64,000 nucleotides of DNA, taken from Bdellovibrio sp. (GTDB lineage: Bacteria > Bdellovibrionota > Bdellovibrionia > Bdellovibrionales > Bdellovibrionaceae). The stretch spans positions 448,001 to 512,000 of the forward strand of contig JAKFBS010000001.1 in assembly GCA_036677065.1 (NCBI GenBank), in the 5' to 3' direction. The notes beneath the pieces were generated by a model. The model was not told the origin of the DNA, made no database searches, and worked only from the letters and a program-made list of their open reading frames with translations. The position numbers and the translations under genes are program-made. The number at the start of each line of letters is the position of its first letter. Position 1 is the stretch's first letter. This document shows, piece by piece, positions 10,276 to 19,739 of this stretch.

Positions 10276-10780
10276 TATGACTTAATACATAGGCTGCAAC
10301 GATAGCGTAATCAACGCTAAGGAGTTGCAGCAATAATGTCGCGATCAGAAAAAACACCGTTAGTTTAAAAAAATAAAATTTACGAACTTTAATTTGCTGA
10401 ATATTTTCTAAAAATACCGCGGTGATGTTTGCGTCTTTGTTATAATCCAGAAAAAATGAAATTCCGAATAACAAAACAGCAAAGGCCACGAGCAAATGCA
10501 ATAACCCCGCAAAAACTAAAAGAAATAAGTTTAATTCTTTCAAATAAATATTTGAAAATGATGCCACAGCACCCAGAAAGAAGAACATGGGTAGCAAAGT
10601 TAATGAGTGAATCAAACAATCGATTTGCGATTTTTTGCTAAATTCGGTTTGCCACAAATAAAGACCCATTTGTTGCCACAGTATAATCAATAATATTGAT
10701 CCGCCGGGGATATCGGCTAACCACAGCATAAGAAAACTCGCTGCGTATAAAGAATAATGTTTTAATTTTAATTCTCTCAT
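10205..10780 (-). CDS. Hypothetical integral membrane protein
   Basis: Several hydrophobic segments; fills the gap between two + genes; 3' end overlaps the TPR gene by 71 bp. Confidence 0.65.
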   Translation of the reverse strand: MRELKLKHYSLYAASFLMLWLADIPGGSILLIILWQQMGLYLWQTEFSKKSQIDCLIHSLTLLPMFFFLGAVASFSNIYLKELNLFLLVFAGLLHLLVAFAVLLFGISFFLDYNKDANITAVFLENIQQIKVRKFYFFKLTVFFLIATLLLQLLSVDYAIVAAYVLSHIMGKKYQTQLGYVSKTNPIVQAK

Positions 10781-10796
10781 CTACACTAGATAGTAT

Positions 10797-11447
10797 ATGC
10801 AAAAATATTCATTCACAAATCTTGTTTTGATGTTCGCGGTTCTGATCAGCTTTTTTATGGCGGGTTGTGCAGGCACGCAAGAAAAGCCACAAGCCGGTGA
10901 TATTAAGTATGTTGAAAGTAAGGCTCTTATCGAAGATAAGACAAAAAACTCTTCGAATTCGGCGTCGATTGATTTGTTTTATTTGCAAGACAATGTCATT
11001 CGCATGGAAGTGACCGCTCTTTTGGGTTACCGCCTTGGTAGCTTAGTTATGAATTCACAAAAAGTAGCTTACGCTCTTCACCCGCAAAAAGCATTTGTTG
11101 AAGGTCCTTTTGCCGCACGCACGATGAAGCCGTTATTTCGCCAGGATTTAGACCCACGTTTGATTTGGGCCGTAGTGTTTGACCGCGATCTAAAAACCTT
11201 CGGCTTTAACTGCAATACCGTAGCAAAAACACAGACTTGTCTAGGAACTGGCGCCACTGAAGGGGTATCGGTCACACTTCAACACGTGGGCGAAAGCGAG
11301 ACCGGGCCGTTAAAGAAAATCACCATAGAAAACGCGAAGTTAAAGTTTGTTTGGCTCTATAAAGCGATTAAGAAACATAATAAGTCTTATAACGAGACCT
11401 TTGTCCTGAATAAGCCAGAAGAATATCGTCTAATCACTATAAAATAA
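10797..11447 (+). CDS. Lipoprotein, possibly LolB/LolA-fold
   Basis: Lipobox FMAGC; IRMEVTALLGYRLGSL resembles the LolB strand-turn; position downstream of a TPR gene. Confidence 0.55.
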   Translation: MQKYSFTNLVLMFAVLISFFMAGCAGTQEKPQAGDIKYVESKALIEDKTKNSSNSASIDLFYLQDNVIRMEVTALLGYRLGSLVMNSQKVAYALHPQKAFVEGPFAARTMKPLFRQDLDPRLIWAVVFDRDLKTFGFNCNTVAKTQTCLGTGATEGVSVTLQHVGESETGPLKKITIENAKLKFVWLYKAIKKHNKSYNETFVLNKPEEYRLITIK

Positions 11448-11541
11448 TTTTACTTCGCTAACCGAAATAACAACGGGCATAATCTAAGTATGAAGCTCTC
11501 ACTTTTATCTCAAAGTGAGGCACTTATGGAGGAGAACCACT

Positions 11542-13620
11542 ATGTCGTCTTCTATTAATCTTCGCACCCTGGTTGAAAAGCATCAACAGGCCAGCAATAA
11601 GAAAACAGCCTCGCATTGGACGGGTACTTTTAATGAGTATTTAGAGCTAGTGAAAAAAAATCCTAAGTTATCCAGAAACGCCTACCAGCGTATGTATGAC
11701 ATGATTATCGAAGCCGGCACTGAAGAGTACGTGGATTTCAAAAAACATGTTATTCGCTATAAATTTTTTGATGATAAACCAAATAACGGCAAAGACGCTA
11801 TTTTTGGTTTAGATGTTCAGTTAATGAAATTCGTAAACATTCTTAAGGCGGCGTCTTTAGGATACGGAACTGAAAAACGCGTGATCTTACTTCACGGACC
11901 AGTAGGTTCTGCAAAGTCTTCGATCTGCCGTGTACTAAAAAAAGGTTTAGAAGAATATTCGCACACAGACACTGGTGCGCTATTTACTTTTGAATGGGTG
12001 ATTGAAGATGCGAAGCTTTCGCACTTACTTGGCAAAGACACAAAAGTTTTTCCAACACCGATGAATGAAGAGCCACTATGGTTAATTCCAGATGATATGC
12101 GCCAAACAGTGTCGGATGAAATCAATCGTTCGCAAGACGGTGATTACCGCGTAAAAATCACGGGTGAATTATGCCCCCCATCTCGCTTTATCTTTAAACA
12201 TTTAATGGATCACTACGAAGGTGATCTGATGAAGGTTTTAAATCACGTGCGTGTAAAACGTATGTTTATCTCTGAAGCTGACCGCGTAGGTATTGGTACC
12301 TTCCAGCCAAAAGATGAAAAGAATCAGGATTCGACAGAGTTAACCGGTGATATTAATTACCGTAAAATTGCAGAATATGGTTCAGATTCAGATCCGCGCG
12401 CATTTAACTTCGACGGTGAATTCAACGTGGCCAATCGCGGGATGATTGAATTCGTCGAGGTTCTGAAATTAGATGTGGCCTTCTTATACGATTTATTAGG
12501 AGCTTCACAAGAGCACAGAATTAAACCTAAAAAATTCGCGCAAACTTATATCGATGAAGTGATCATTGGTCATACCAATGAGCCCGAGTACAGAAGACTT
12601 CAAGATAATGAATTTATGGAGGCCTTACGCGATCGTACTGTTAAAGTCGACGTGCCGTATATCACTCGTTTAAAGCAAGAAGTGAATATCTATAAAAAAG
12701 ATTTCAACTCGCAAAAATTGCGTGGAATCTCAATTGCTCCCCATACGATCGAAATGGCTGCAATGTGGGCGATTTTAACCCGTTTAGAAAAACCGAAAAA
12801 AGCAAACTTAACAAGATTGCAAAAACTAAAATTATATAACGGTAAAACTTTAGCGAATTACACTGAAGATAACGTAAAAGAATTACGCAAAGAAACTTTA
12901 CGTGAAGGTTTAGACGGTATTTCTCCTCGTTATATCCAGGATAAATTATCAAACGCTCTTGTTATGGCCCAGCAGATGAACAAAGGTTCTGTGAATCCAT
13001 TTATGGTGATGAATGAATTAGAGAGTGGTTTAAAAAATCACTCATTAATTTCAGATGAAGAGAAAAAAACAGAATACCGTGAATTACTTGGTGTTGTAAA
13101 ACAAGAGTACGAAGAAATCATTAAAGGTGAGGTTCAACGTGCGATCAGTGCTGATGACAGTGCTTTACAACGTTTATGTGCAAATTACATTGATAGCGTT
13201 AAAGCTTACACGCAAAAAGAAAAAGTTCGTAACCAGTTTACCGGACAGGATGACGATCCAGATGAAAGACTAATGCGCGCGATTGAGGAAAAAATCGAAA
13301 TTCCTGAATCACGCAAAGACGACTTCCGTAGAGAGATCATGAATTACATTGGGGCTCTGTCATTAGATGGTAAGAAATTTAATTACAAAATGAACGAACG
13401 TCTTCATAAAGCTTTAGAATTAAAACTTTTCGAAGATCAAAAAGACAGTATCAAATTAACGTCTTTAGTCAGTTCAGTGACAGATAAAGACACGCAGGAA
13501 AAAATTGAAATCGTTAAATCCCGTTTGATTAAAGACTTTGGATATGACGAAATTTCTGCAACCGATGTTTTACATTACGTAGCCAGCATCTTCGCCCGCG
13601 GAGATGTGAAAAAGCAATAG
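11542..13620 (+). CDS. prkA: PrkA/YeaG family serine protein kinase (AAA+)
   Basis: Walker [50 protein letters not shown]. Confidence 0.96.
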   Translation: MSSSINLRTLVEKHQQASNKKTASHWTGTFNEYLELVKKNPKLSRNAYQRMYDMIIEAGTEEYVDFKKHVIRYKFFDDKPNNGKDAIFGLDVQLMKFVNILKAASLGYGTEKRVILLHGPVGSAKSSICRVLKKGLEEYSHTDTGALFTFEWVIEDAKLSHLLGKDTKVFPTPMNEEPLWLIPDDMRQTVSDEINRSQDGDYRVKITGELCPPSRFIFKHLMDHYEGDLMKVLNHVRVKRMFISEADRVGIGTFQPKDEKNQDSTELTGDINYRKIAEYGSDSDPRAFNFDGEFNVANRGMIEFVEVLKLDVAFLYDLLGASQEHRIKPKKFAQTYIDEVIIGHTNEPEYRRLQDNEFMEALRDRTVKVDVPYITRLKQEVNIYKKDFNSQKLRGISIAPHTIEMAAMWAILTRLEKPKKANLTRLQKLKLYNGKTLANYTEDNVKELRKETLREGLDGISPRYIQDKLSNALVMAQQMNKGSVNPFMVMNELESGLKNHSLISDEEKKTEYRELLGVVKQEYEEIIKGEVQRAISADDSALQRLCANYIDSVKAYTQKEKVRNQFTGQDDDPDERLMRAIEEKIEIPESRKDDFRREIMNYIGALSLDGKKFNYKMNERLHKALELKLFEDQKDSIKLTSLVSSVTDKDTQEKIEIVKSRLIKDFGYDEISATDVLHYVASIFARGDVKKQ

Positions 13621-13631
13621 TAGGAGACTGA

Positions 13632-14741
13632 ATGCCCATTCGCGAGGACCAAAACCGATTTAAAAGTATTGTAAAAGGTAAGGTCCGTGACGACTTTAAA
13701 AAATACGTCACGAATGGGGAACTGATCGGCAAACGCGAAGACGAATTCGTAAAAATTCCACTTCCGCGTATTGATATTCCTACTTTTCGTTATGGCCCCA
13801 AACAAGATCAGCAGGGTGTTGGGCAGGGTGAAGGCGAAGGCGATCCGCAACAGGGTCAGGGCCAAGGCCAACCAGGCTCTGGCAAAGGCGAAGCCGGCGA
13901 AAATCCCGGCGAGCACATGCTTGAAGTTGAAATCAGTCTTGAAGAGCTGGCCGAAATTTTAGGTGAAAAGTTACAGCTTCCACGTATTTTACCCAAAGGC
14001 ACTGCGAACTTAGTGACTGAAAAAACGCGTTACTCGGGCATTGCCCCGGTGGGGCCTGAAGGACTTCGAAAATTCAAACAAACTTATAAAAAAGCGTTAT
14101 CACGTTATATTTCTTCGGGAAATTATAATCCAGATGATCCGGTGATTATCCCGATCAGAAGTGATTACCAGTATCGCACGATGAAAAAAACGCAGAAGCC
14201 GCACACAAAAGCTGTCGTCATCTATATGATGGATGTGTCGGGTTCAATGGGTGAAGAGCAAAAAGAGATCGTTAGATTAGAATCTTTTTGGATCAACACC
14301 TGGCTTAAAAAACATTATAAAGGCTTGGATACCCGCTTTATCATTCACGATGCGGCGGCAAAAGAAGTCGATGAAAACACTTTTTTTAAAACCAGTGAAT
14401 CAGGCGGTACGTTAATTAGTTCGGCTTACAAACTTTGCCAGCAAATTATCGATGCAGAATACCCGGCCGATGAATGGAATATTTATCCCTTTCATTTTTC
14501 AGATGGTGATAACTGGAGCGGTGAAGACACAAGATTATGTGTTCAACTGATCAAAGAATACTTTTTACCTCGCGTGAATGTATTTTCTTATGGCCAAGTT
14601 GAAAGTAAATACGGTAGCGGGCAGTTTTTAAAAGATCTACAAAAAGAATTTGGCGATGATGACCAAGTTACTTTAAGCCAAATTGAATCGCGCGATAAGA
14701 TTTTAGATTCTATTAAAGATTTCTTAGGTAAAGGCAAATAG
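13632..14741 (+). CDS. yeaH: YeaH/YhbH (DUF444) vWA-like protein
   Basis: MMDVSGSM, ESGGT, FHFSDGDNW; Gly/Gln-rich linker; follows prkA. Confidence 0.93.
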   Translation: MPIREDQNRFKSIVKGKVRDDFKKYVTNGELIGKREDEFVKIPLPRIDIPTFRYGPKQDQQGVGQGEGEGDPQQGQGQGQPGSGKGEAGENPGEHMLEVEISLEELAEILGEKLQLPRILPKGTANLVTEKTRYSGIAPVGPEGLRKFKQTYKKALSRYISSGNYNPDDPVIIPIRSDYQYRTMKKTQKPHTKAVVIYMMDVSGSMGEEQKEIVRLESFWINTWLKKHYKGLDTRFIIHDAAAKEVDENTFFKTSESGGTLISSAYKLCQQIIDAEYPADEWNIYPFHFSDGDNWSGEDTRLCVQLIKEYFLPRVNVFSYGQVESKYGSGQFLKDLQKEFGDDDQVTLSQIESRDKILDSIKDFLGKGK

Positions 14742-14742
14742 C

Positions 14743-16266
14743 ATGGCAAATTTATCTCTTGAGTTAGAAGCAGAACGAAAAAAGATCAGCCAAGTCGCAA
14801 AAAATGTCGGTCTTGATTGTTTTGAAACTATTTTTGAAATGGTTAACTTCGATCAGATCTCGCAATTCGCCAGTTATGGCGGTTTTCCCGTGCGTTATCC
14901 ACACTGGCGCTTTGGTATGGAGTACGAACAACTTTCAAAATCTTATGAATACGGTTTATCTAAAATCTATGAAATGGTGATTAACACTGATCCTTGTTAT
15001 GCCTACTTGATGGAAGGCAATTCTATGATGGATCAGAAGCTTGTGATGGCTCACGTTTACGGCCACTGTGACTTTTTTAAAAATAATATTTGGTTTTCTA
15101 AAACAAATCGCAAAATGATGGATCAAATGGCCAATCATGCCACACGCATTCGTCAATACATTGATCGTCACGGTTATGAAGAGGTCGAAAAATTCATCGA
15201 TCTTTGTTTAAGTTTAGAAAATTTAATTGATCGTTATTCGATTTTAAATGGCCCGTCACAGTTTACTGAGAAAAAACCACAGGTGCGTGAATCTGATTTC
15301 GTGTTTCAGGTCGAAAAATCCTACATGAAAAATTACATCAATCCGCCAGATGTGGTGGCAGAGTTTAAAAAAGACCAAATGCAAAAGATGGCCGACAAGG
15401 CCCAGTTTCCAGCCGACCCAGTTCGCGATATCTTAACATTTTTGATACATTATGCGCCACTTGAAGAGTGGCAGCAGGATGTTTTGTCGATCATTAAAGA
15501 TGAATCTTACTATTTTGCCCCGCAAGGAATGACTAAAACGATGAACGAAGGCTGGGCGTCGTACTGGCATTCGCACATTATGACTAAGCATATTTTAAAT
15601 GATTCAGAGATTATCGATTTCGCTGATCATCACGCTGGAGCCATGTTTATGAAAATTGGCGGGTATAATCCGTACAAAGTAGGCATCGAACTGATGCGAG
15701 AAATCGAAGAAAGATGGAATAAAGGAAAATTCGGTCGCGATTGGGAAGAGTGCGATGATGTTAATGAGCGTAAACACTGGGATAAAAAGTTAAATTTAGG
15801 GCGTGAGAAGATCTTTGAAGTTCGCAAAATTTATAATGACGTGACATTTATTGACGAGTTTTTAACAGAAGACTTTTGCATTCGAAACAAAATGTTCGTC
15901 TATAAAATGAATAAAGAAACCGGTCGTTTTGAAGTGGATACCCGTGATTTCAAGGCCATCAAGGCGCAGCTCTTGTTTCAATTAACGAATTTCGGACAGC
16001 CCATTATCAGAATCGAAAACGCAAATTTTGAAAATCGCGGCGAACTTTTATTAAGACACGTTCATGAAGGCTTGGATTTGCAGCCTAATTATATGGACGC
16101 TACAATGAAAAACTTAAACAAACTGTGGAAGCGTCCGGTAAATATGATTACGGTTATGGATAACGAGCCGCAGCTTTTCAGATTCGACGGTAAGGAATAT
16201 ACCAAACACAGCTTAACAGAAAATAACAATTCTCAGGCTGAGCCGTCTCGCAAAGATTCAGAATAG
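14743..16266 (+). CDS. spoVR: SpoVR/YcgB family protein
   Basis: GFPVRYPHWRFG, IYEMVIN, AHVYGHCDFFKNN, TKTMNEGWASYWH. Confidence 0.96.
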   Translation: MANLSLELEAERKKISQVAKNVGLDCFETIFEMVNFDQISQFASYGGFPVRYPHWRFGMEYEQLSKSYEYGLSKIYEMVINTDPCYAYLMEGNSMMDQKLVMAHVYGHCDFFKNNIWFSKTNRKMMDQMANHATRIRQYIDRHGYEEVEKFIDLCLSLENLIDRYSILNGPSQFTEKKPQVRESDFVFQVEKSYMKNYINPPDVVAEFKKDQMQKMADKAQFPADPVRDILTFLIHYAPLEEWQQDVLSIIKDESYYFAPQGMTKTMNEGWASYWHSHIMTKHILNDSEIIDFADHHAGAMFMKIGGYNPYKVGIELMREIEERWNKGKFGRDWEECDDVNERKHWDKKLNLGREKIFEVRKIYNDVTFIDEFLTEDFCIRNKMFVYKMNKETGRFEVDTRDFKAIKAQLLFQLTNFGQPIIRIENANFENRGELLLRHVHEGLDLQPNYMDATMKNLNKLWKRPVNMITVMDNEPQLFRFDGKEYTKHSLTENNNSQAEPSRKDSE

Positions 16267-16396
16267 AACTTTACAATTCTTAACAGATCTTTGTTGTCTC
16301 ACTTCGACTCGGAAATGACGAATTTTCATTTTTTCGCATAGCTAATTTACAATTTAGTGTATGATTTATCTATTGGGCGAGAGTCCTCTAGCGGAA

Positions 16397-16774
16397 ATGG
16401 AACGTAATCTGGATAATAAAAACCGCGTCTTAGTCTACAGCGATGATCCAAAAGATCAGGCGATAATGTCGGGTGACGGCGAAAGAAAAGCTTTCGAAGC
16501 CCAACAAAAAGCCCTGGTCGCTGAAAAGAAGTTTGTGATTGTTTTTCGAATCGAGAAGAACGGTCGCGGCGGCAAGACGGTGACGGTTTTAGATCAATTA
16601 CCTGCGTACGATCCATTCCTGAAAGAATTAACTAAAGAATTGAAAGCTAAATGCGGCGTCGGTGGAATGCATTTCATCGAAAATGGAAAAGGCTGCATTG
16701 AGATTCAAGGCGATAAGCGGGATGCGATTAAAAAGATATTGGATGTCAAAACCATGAAGTACAAAGGGGCCTAA
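16397..16774 (+). CDS. SUI1/YciH-family translation initiation factor
   Basis: LVYSDD, EKNGRGGKTVTV, LKAKCGVGG, IEIQGD; start uncertain. Confidence 0.9.
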   Translation: MERNLDNKNRVLVYSDDPKDQAIMSGDGERKAFEAQQKALVAEKKFVIVFRIEKNGRGGKTVTVLDQLPAYDPFLKELTKELKAKCGVGGMHFIENGKGCIEIQGDKRDAIKKILDVKTMKYKGA

Positions 16775-16777
16775 TAA

Positions 16778-17485
16778 ATGAATAAAGTCGTCATCATTGA
16801 TGATCTTGTTGATAGTTGCTCAGTGATCGCTGAAATTCTCAGTCCGTATTTTGAGTGTAAGACAACATCTGAATCGTATTCAGCATTAGAGTTAATTTTA
16901 GAGTTTAAACCAAATATCGTTCTAATGGATTACCAAATGCCACGTTTGAACGGGGCCGAATTATGCAAGAATTTAAAAGAGAACCCGCAAACTAAAGATA
17001 TCCCGATTATTTTTATGTCTGGTGTGGCCACAGAAGATGAACGCGTTGAAACTTTAGAATTAGGTGGCGATGATTTTATTGCTAAGCCTTTTCATCCTAA
17101 AGAATTAATTCTTCGTCTGAAAAAGCGTATTCAGGGTTACACAGTTAAACAGCCCGTGGATAATGGGATTGTGATCGCAAATATCAATGCGGCTACATTA
17201 ACTGTGGGTAATTTAAGAATGAATTTAAATTCACGTTTAGTGTATGTGAATGAACGTGAAATTACGTTAACTCCAAAACAGTTCGAAATTTTAAAGCTGT
17301 TGATTGAAAATCAGAACCATCTGGTATCCCGCAGCACTTTTATGGAAGAAGTCTGGGGCCATTTTGAAGTGACTCCGCGAAATGTGGATTCGCAGATTAA
17401 TTACCTGAAAAAGAAAATCGAAGGATTTCAGGGAATTATCACTGCAGTACCTAGTTTTGGTTACAGATTAGACCATAAAAATTAA
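16778..17485 (+). CDS. OmpR-family response regulator
   Basis: Receiver (IIDD, LMDYQMP, KPF) plus winged helix (LTPKQFEIL, RNVDSQINYLKKK, GYRL). Confidence 0.93.
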   Translation: MNKVVIIDDLVDSCSVIAEILSPYFECKTTSESYSALELILEFKPNIVLMDYQMPRLNGAELCKNLKENPQTKDIPIIFMSGVATEDERVETLELGGDDFIAKPFHPKELILRLKKRIQGYTVKQPVDNGIVIANINAATLTVGNLRMNLNSRLVYVNEREITLTPKQFEILKLLIENQNHLVSRSTFMEEVWGHFEVTPRNVDSQINYLKKKIEGFQGIITAVPSFGYRLDHKN

Positions 17486-17560
17486 AATGAGCTTCGGGGC
17501 GAAAATCTCCGGAGCCGATCAGGGATTGATCTTAGAGATAAAAGTTAGTTAAATGTAGCC

Positions 17561-18370
17561 ATGAAAACTACAAAACTAATTTTACTCACTCTTACTTTTA
17601 TTATTCTCAGTTGTAAAACTAGCCCTGAATCTGCAGGGATTAGTGAAGAAGAAATCAATGCGGAAGCCGCCAAAGCCTACGCTCAGGTTAAATCCAAAGC
17701 AAAAATTTCAACAAATCAAGAATGGACCGCGATGGTTAATCGCGTAGCTAAACGTATCGCATTAGCTTCAGGTAAACCGTATAATTGGGAAGTCATGCTG
17801 ATCGATGACCCTCAGGTCAATGCGTGGTGTATGCCTGGTGGTAAGATGGCGGTTTATACCGGTATATTGCCAGTTGTAAAAACTGAAGCAGCCTTGGCCG
17901 CAGTTATGGGTCATGAAGTGGCGCATGCAACATTAAGACATGGGCTTGCACATTACGCTCGTGCGAAACAAAGCAATATGATTGGTGCGGTTGTTGGTGT
18001 CGGAACAATCTTAGCCGGCGAACTTCTGTGTAAAACTGATTCTTGTAAAAAGTGGGCGCAAATAGGCGGCGTGGCCGGTGGGTTTGCGGTTGCTTTCTTT
18101 GATATGAAATTTTCGCGTGAAGATGAATCTTCGGCTGATAAAGAAGGTCAAATATTCATGGCAGATGCCGGTTATGAGCCAAGTGAATCAATTAAACTTT
18201 GGGAGCGTATGGGCGCTGCAGCTGGAGGGGGAAAGCCTCCAGAAATCTTATCGACACATCCGTCTGATTCAACTCGTCGTGGTAATTTAACAAGTTGGTT
18301 ACCTGCGGCTCAAGCCAGATATCAAGCGGCTCCGCAAAAATTTGGTTTAGGTGCCACGATCATTAAGTAG
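17561..18370 (+). CDS. M48 family zinc metallopeptidase lipoprotein
   Basis: Lipobox ILSC, NAWCMPGG, GHEVAH, FSREDE..AD, STHP. Confidence 0.93.
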   Translation: MKTTKLILLTLTFIILSCKTSPESAGISEEEINAEAAKAYAQVKSKAKISTNQEWTAMVNRVAKRIALASGKPYNWEVMLIDDPQVNAWCMPGGKMAVYTGILPVVKTEAALAAVMGHEVAHATLRHGLAHYARAKQSNMIGAVVGVGTILAGELLCKTDSCKKWAQIGGVAGGFAVAFFDMKFSREDESSADKEGQIFMADAGYEPSESIKLWERMGAAAGGGKPPEILSTHPSDSTRRGNLTSWLPAAQARYQAAPQKFGLGATIIK

Positions 18371-18845
18371 ATTTTTTTTCGAGACGTTTAGCTTTAAAAA
18401 ATTTTTTTAATAAATCACTGCATTCATTTTGCATTAACCCACTTTCAGCAATGAAGCGGTGATTTAATTTTGCATGCGTTGATAAATTATCTAATGAACC
18501 CATAGCTCCGGCTTTAGGATCATGAGTGGCAAATACGACTCGCTTAATTCGCGATTGCACCAGAGCACCGGCGCACATAAAACACGGTTCAAGAGTCACA
18601 TACAAAGTGCAATCAACCAGGCGCCACGAGTCTTTCTTTTTGCATGCACGGTGAAGCGCTAAAAGTTCGGCGTGGCCAAGCACGGTGTTTAGGGTTTCGC
18701 GGGTATTTGCAGCCTTGGCGATGACTTTACCTTCGCCATCAACGATGACTGCGCCAATGGGAACTTCGCCGTTTTTTTCAGCTTTTTGGGCTAATTTAAA
18801 GGCGATTTGCATGAATTTATGGTCGGCTTGGGTAAATTGGTTCAT
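18363..18845 (-). CDS. tadA: tRNA adenosine(34) deaminase
   Basis: GEVPIGAV, HAE, LYVTLEPCFMCAGA, DPKAGA. Confidence 0.93.
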   Translation of the reverse strand: MNQFTQADHKFMQIAFKLAQKAEKNGEVPIGAVIVDGEGKVIAKAANTRETLNTVLGHAELLALHRACKKKDSWRLVDCTLYVTLEPCFMCAGALVQSRIKRVVFATHDPKAGAMGSLDNLSTHAKLNHRFIAESGLMQNECSDLLKKFFKAKRLEKKST

Positions 18846-18989
18846 CTCTAAACTAGAGTCTTAGTATAAAACCCTGATTATTTTAACTAAATGGTCTTGC
18901 CGCATTAAGTCATAGAGTGTAAATAGACACCTCGGTTGTTAATAATCTTGTTTGCTTATAAGTCATATCGAGAGGCAGGTGAATTCCAA

Positions 18990-19196
18990 ATGGCATTAGT
19001 TAAAATCAGAGACGGTGAATCTTTTGAATCAGCATTCAGAAAATTTAAAAAGTCTTGTGAAAAAGCTGGTATCCTTTCAGAAGTTAAAAAACGCGAACAC
19101 TTCGAAAAACCAAGCGTATCTGCTAAGAAAAAATCTATCGCTGCTCGCAAACGCGCTACGAAAAAAACTCGTGGTGGTTTCAGAGACCGCGACTAG
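18990..19196 (+). CDS. rpsU: 30S ribosomal protein S21
   Basis: [12 protein letters not shown]...KREHFEKPS; start of the rpsU-dnaG-rpoD operon. Confidence 0.97.
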   Translation: MALVKIRDGESFESAFRKFKKSCEKAGILSEVKKREHFEKPSVSAKKKSIAARKRATKKTRGGFRDRD

Positions 19197-19221
19197 TTTG
19201 TAAATTAAGTTTACAGCTTAT

Positions 19222-19258
19222 AGAGCTCTTAGGGATTAATTTCTTAAGAGCTCTTTTT
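19222..19258 (+). terminator. Internal terminator after rpsU
   Basis: AGAGCTCTTAGGGA-loop-TTTCTTAAGAGCTCT-TTTT. Confidence 0.8.
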
Positions 19259-19291
19259 ATTTTAAAAACATATTTCTCAAGGGAGACCTCC

Positions 19292-19738
19292 ATGGAATTT
19301 AAAGACCAATTAATGGCTGATATCAAAGCGGCAATGATTGCTAAAGATTCAGTAAAATTAAACACACTTCGTTTTTTACACGCGGCGATCAAGCAAAAAG
19401 AAATCGATTCTCGCCCAGAGCCATTAACTGCTGACGATGTTATGGCCGTTCTAAAAAAATTAGTTAAACAACGTAAAGAATCTATCGAACAATTCGGTGT
19501 TGCAGGTCGTACTGATTTAGTTGACCAAGAAACTGCAGAATTAAAAGTGATGGAAGTTTACTTACCGGCGCAAATGTCACGTGAACAAATTGAAAAAGTT
19601 GTTGCTGAAGTGATTGCTGAAACAGGTGCTACGACAGTTAAAGACATGGGCACAGTGATGAAAGCTGTTCAGGCAAAAACTGCTGGAACTGCTGACGGTA
19701 AAACAATTAGCGAAGTGATTAAGTCAAAACTGAACTAA
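19292..19738 (+). CDS. GatB/YqeY domain protein
   Basis: KQRKESIEQF..AGR.DL...E..E...YLPAQMS, DMG.VM. Confidence 0.95.
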   Translation: MEFKDQLMADIKAAMIAKDSVKLNTLRFLHAAIKQKEIDSRPEPLTADDVMAVLKKLVKQRKESIEQFGVAGRTDLVDQETAELKVMEVYLPAQMSREQIEKVVAEVIAETGATTVKDMGTVMKAVQAKTAGTADGKTISEVIKSKLN

Positions 19739-19739
19739 T

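Noticed and set aside
11470..11495. Sigma-54 promoter for prkA-yeaH, as in E. coli yeaGH
   Set aside because: GGGCATAATCTAAG has no GC at the -12 position
13800..13915. GC-rich repetitive stretch
   Set aside because: Encodes the ordinary Gly/Gln linker of YeaH; not a DNA repeat element
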